The notes under the pieces were generated by a model. That model saw only the letters and a list, made by a program, of their open reading frames with translations, did no database searches and had not been told where the DNA came from. A program made the translations under genes and the position numbers. This document shows positions 59,666 through 64,000 of a DNA stretch of 64,000 nucleotides, piece after piece. Position 1 is the first letter of the stretch; each line of letters starts with the position of its first letter. The DNA comes from Phoronis australis (lineage: Eukaryota > Animalia > Phoronida), in assembly GCA_002633005.1 (NCBI GenBank), contig NMRA01000045.1, forward strand, positions 1,247,812 to 1,311,811, in the 5' to 3' direction.

Positions 59666-62600
59666 ATAAAACAATTTATCCAGCACCCACTGACTGACTC
59701 GCTAGTGCTAATTTGTGGGCACTCTGTCCTGTTCCCCCTGCAGTGATTTAAAGCTGCTCTCTTTTACAGTTACTTTGTAATGGTACATGTAGATTCATCA
59801 TCAGGTTACAGTTGTCGAATATAAACATGGCCACCAATAAGGGAGCATATGAAATATATTCATACTCGACTTGTTATTATATTTCCCCCCTTTGTTATTT
59901 AGCTTAGTAATTTAAATGATTTATATCGAGTGGCCTGCTGCAACGAGTACGCGTAATGTCTGTTTTTCATCACACAAAACTAATAGTGTTCTCTGGGTGT
60001 GTACGTTAGTGCAAATACTATGATCATGTTGTAGAAACGTGAATTTGAGCTTAATGTTATGCGGGGTAGTTGATTTGGAACTGCGTAATTCTATAATTCT
60101 CTAAACCTGTTTACTTCTCATGCATTAGAGCCTTCCACACTCGGACAATTTATCTTTAGACTACTTATCATAACCAAATTGGGTCCGCCTTGGTATTTCC
60201 AGACGGGATAAAAGGCTGAACTACACAAATGTTCAGAAGAAGTGTTTTAATATCTACATATTCAATGCTTTGCAAAAGGCGAACTTGTTTATCTTCATGA
60301 ATTGGTTCATGCTAATGGTTAAAAAATCCACTGTTCAATAATGCCAGCCTGCGAAAAAGTCAGATTCTCGGAACTGGCCTTTGAAAGGGATGGGAGTTCT
60401 TTTTTTCTAGTCCATTATATAAATAAATAAGAAGCCCTATATTTGCCGGTCTGCGGGAAATGCGAGGTAATGCTTTTTTACTCGCTTGTTGACCTGTTGA
60501 GAGTTTGGTCAAGTTTAAACCGTAATGAAAGTAGAGTACTATCAAGGAATATTATATGAGACCGATTTTTATGAATTAAGATTATGCAGGACGTTTGCAA
60601 CCACTCTGTGCACTTAGCAAAATATCTAGAAAACTAGATTTTAACTCGGTGAAATGATGTATTTTCTGAAAGTAGAAAGTAAAGAATTTGATATTTGACT
60701 TTTTACCAAATTGTTGTTAGTTGGGTCACGTGATCACATCTTTTTGTAAAATTTACCAAAAAAGAAAGGATGATAACCCCCCCCCTCCGACAGTCTTAGT
60801 GATATATGCAAATGTCTCGATCCTGATCAGTCCCTATTCACCAACCAGGCTTTCCGCTTTCCTAATAACAATCTTCAACAGAAATACGATTCTTGTAATT
60901 TTTGGGGAAAGTGCAGCTAAATGAAATAACTACTTTGTTTTCTGGAAACAATTTGTTTGTCAAAATTGTTTCGCCTCAGTCGGGATAATAGAATACAACT
61001 TGATTGATATTTACCCTGGACAGCTCACGTTCTTTCAAACAAACTCTTGTTTTATCTTAAGACAAAATTATCTGGGAATAAAAACTGTACTGTATATTAG
61101 CGTGGAGAGAGGGAACCATTCGTCCATTCGCTTAATCGGTTCCGAAATTTGGCTCCGGCCTACATTGTATTGAAAACGCATGGCTACGCCAGTACCCATA
61201 TCGACTATTTCCAAAACCGCTCCCCCGCCACTGAGTGGAGCAGAGCTTCTGGTCCTTACCTCAGTAGAAATTGCGATCTGGCCACCGGCCCGTGAACAAA
61301 CTCGTCTAGTTGAAAATTAAGTTAGAAGACAGGGATAGGCCACTTTGCAAGCCGCTTTGTAGCCACTATTTTTCACTTTTGTCATCACGCTGTCATGGGT
61401 TCTCTTGTCAGTATTTGCCAGAGTCATTCAAAGCGATCATGATGACAGAGCCATTTTTACAAACGAATACCTTTGTTATACTTCCCACGAAACCATTGTG
61501 GTAACTGTCTTAGTATGTAGTCTGCGTGTCTTCGACGGTCTAGTCAAGTTGTTAGAGACTTCGTGGTCCAGTTCGAGTCTGGCTGTTGGCCAGAACACAT
61601 GTATACACATACATGTACATAGTTGTGCTAATAAATACATATATCGTTGTCACGTGGTGAATATCTTGCCGGTAAGCGGTTGAAACAACACAATTTGATT
61701 TGGATGTAATAATGAGTATATTGACTAAATGTTTGAATTTCCCTAAATGAATAATCATAAAGATTAACAAAGAAGGCTAATTTAATCAGTCTATGATCAC
61801 GTTTCACGTTCCTGGCGTCGGCCTTGGATCCAGTGTTACACTTGTTATGAGGAGTAAGTTCCTCTTCTCTTGATCAGGCGATCCAGTCTTTCGAGCAGTC
61901 TTCACTAGATGAAATGCTTCGGAATAACTATGAAGTTCAGTCGATCGAACAACATATATGTTAACATTGAATTCAGTGCATCGAATTCTAGATACAATGT
62001 ATCCCTTTGAAATTCAGTCCATCGAATTTCTATAGCTTGTGATACTTCTCAGCAAACCAGTAGCATCTCTTCAGGAATATCTACGATATCTCTCTAGCAA
62101 GCTGGTTGCCTCTCTCCAAGAAATATCTAATACCTCTATACTAATCTGGTTTCCTCTAGTTGGAAATATGCCTTCTTGAAAAGCTAACGGTATACTTATA
62201 CTCAATCAGAATAAAGGTGGGCGAGTTAGATCAAACATAAAACCCACAAACTTCCTCCAAATGTACTCATAGTTCCAAAACAACTCCCGGAACAACATCA
62301 TAAGATTCTAATTATGAACCTAAGCTTTCGCCAAATATGGTCAAGGACAGACAAACCTTTAAGTAATTTCTGATGATTAATAACAAGACTGTCTATTGTT
62401 GTTGTCAGAACTGGCTAACCCCACAGTTGACCAATTCCGATGAATTTAAAGTTACATAATTCTACTAGCATAGCATAAACACATGGTTAGAGACAAACAT
62501 GCTGATTAATTTCCTATGCACTCGTAGGAGGCAATAAATTTCAGTAAACAACTAATACCTGTAATTAATTACACAACAACCACTATATACTTAATTAATA

Positions 62601-62773
62601 CTAATACTTCTCATGTAATATTATTTTCATGTACATGTACATAGTTAACCCAAGTTGTAATGTGTTTTCATCATACTTTAATGATAAATAAATGACATGT
62701 TCATCCTACATAAAATCTTCCCGTAACAATCGTAAATGTGATCGTTTTAGTTGATACATTCGGTTATTACATT

Positions 62774-63870
62774 TGGCGACGAGGATAAAAGACAAGAACC
62801 GTTATGGCCGTTCAGGGTACAGTTAGTGCTTTTAACGCACATGTTGAGACTTGGTCGTGTTGTGGAGCCTGGACTTCTACTTTGTGGCAAACGATATTGA
62901 TAAGGCGGAGAAGAAGCGCGCAATATTTTTGAACACGTGCGGTTCAGAGACATACCAACTGCTCCGAAACTTTATACAGCCGGATACGCCAATTCACAAA
63001 CATTTTCACAGCTGATCAAAAAGTTAACTGACCACTTTGCGCCTACACCGAATCCGATTGTGAGTCGTTTCAAGTTCGTGAAAAACCGGAGTCTATCGCA
63101 AGTTTTGTTAGTCGGCTTCAGGAGTTAGCGGCGACATGCGACTTTGGAGATACACTCAATGACATGTTGCGGGACCGTCTGGTCTGCGGTGTCCAAAATG
63201 TGGATATGCAAAAGCGGCTGCTTGCGATCCAAAACCTAACGTTCAAAAAAGCATAAGACACCTGTGTCAGCATGGAGCCCCAGCCTCATCAAGTTAATCA
63301 GATTCAGCCCAGGAGATTCAAGCCCAAGCCCAAGTCCAAGCAAGCTGACCAACGGAATCACTTTAATACAAAATGTTTTCGTTGTTGGGGTAGCCATGAC
63401 CCTTCGCAATGTGGTTTCAATGAGGCGTCGTGTTATGCTTGTGGCGAAAGGGGGGAGGGGCATATCAAAAAAGCTTGTAAGGTACGTGTCAAATCTGGAC
63501 AAAAATCTGGCCGCACAAATTATTTAGATAGAGATGAAAAATTTGCACAGTGCTGTTCAAATGGAACGGCCTGTGGTCACCACAATATGCGTGGGTGGCA
63601 AACATCTCGAGTCCAAGGTTAACACTGGTTCGCCGCGAACCATGGTCTGTAGATCAGTTTTTGACAGTCACTTCGGGCGCGACAAGCCAGAACTGGATAG
63701 CGCGAATGAGAATTTATTTACATATACAAAGTCTAAGATCACATTACAAGACAAGGCGCGAGTTAATGTCTCAGTTAATGGTCAGTTACACGACTTGCCG
63801 TTGTTGGTGGTCCCGGGAGATGGACCGCGTTTGCTTGGACTGGATTGGTTGAGAGCATTGCTAGGCCCAG
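62774..63870 (+). mobile_element. Degenerate Ty3/Gypsy (Mag-like) LTR retrotransposon gag-protease
   Basis: PBS TGGCGACGAGG after ...TACA; gag motif LRDRLVCG; two CCHC-like knuckles; protease NTG (mutated DTG)...LLGLDWL; frameshifts and stops. Confidence 0.85.
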
Positions 63871-63873
63871 ATA

Positions 63874-64000
63874 AGGCGGGCCCCAGCCAAGCTGCCGAAG
63901 GCAGCGCAGGCACGCCCAACGTAGCACTTAGGCGGGCCCCAGCCAAGCTGCCAAAGGCAGCGCAGGCACGCCCGACGTAGCACTTAGGCGGGCCCCAGCC
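63874..64000. repeat. 56-bp GC-rich tandem repeat running off the window
   Basis: Units start at 63874, 63930 and 63986. Confidence 0.9.

Noticed and set aside
46637-60060. Second eIF4G copy as an allelic haplotig or a processed pseudogene
   Set aside because: Introns are retained (so not a retrocopy), and exon and intron divergence is too high for an allele. A decaying duplicate cannot be fully excluded.
61843-62728. Solo LTR (TGTTA...TAACA)
   Set aside because: Termini are suggestive, but there is no matching TSD and no second copy in the window.

Overview
Intron-rich, AT-rich, transposon-laden animal (probably marine invertebrate) genomic DNA with two assembly gaps (9105-10007, 52244-52991). 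The first 17.8 kb holds the last 20 exons of an intact eIF4G gene on the + strand: eIF4E-binding YDRDFLL motif, MIF4G, MA3 and W2 domains, and the 3'UTR. Downstream are two related TRIM-type RING loci, each followed by duplicated eIF4G exons that I could splice by hand (GT-AG, matching phases) into stop-free chimeric ORFs. Chimera 1 (28308-40662, ~606 aa) is RING-B-box-coiled coil + eIF4G linker exon + eIF4G-like N-terminal exons ending in a PABP-binding motif. Chimera 2 (46637-58872, ~441 aa) is RING + eIF4E-binding motif + linker + W2, with the 13 MIF4G/MA3 exons absent. Both chimeras are preceded by a duplicated block carrying kappaB-like sites. This candidate TRIM/RING-eIF4G fusion cluster is the main finding; its expression and function are inferred, not shown. 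The rest is DNA transposons/MITEs, LINE fragments, microsatellites and a degenerate Ty3/Gypsy element.
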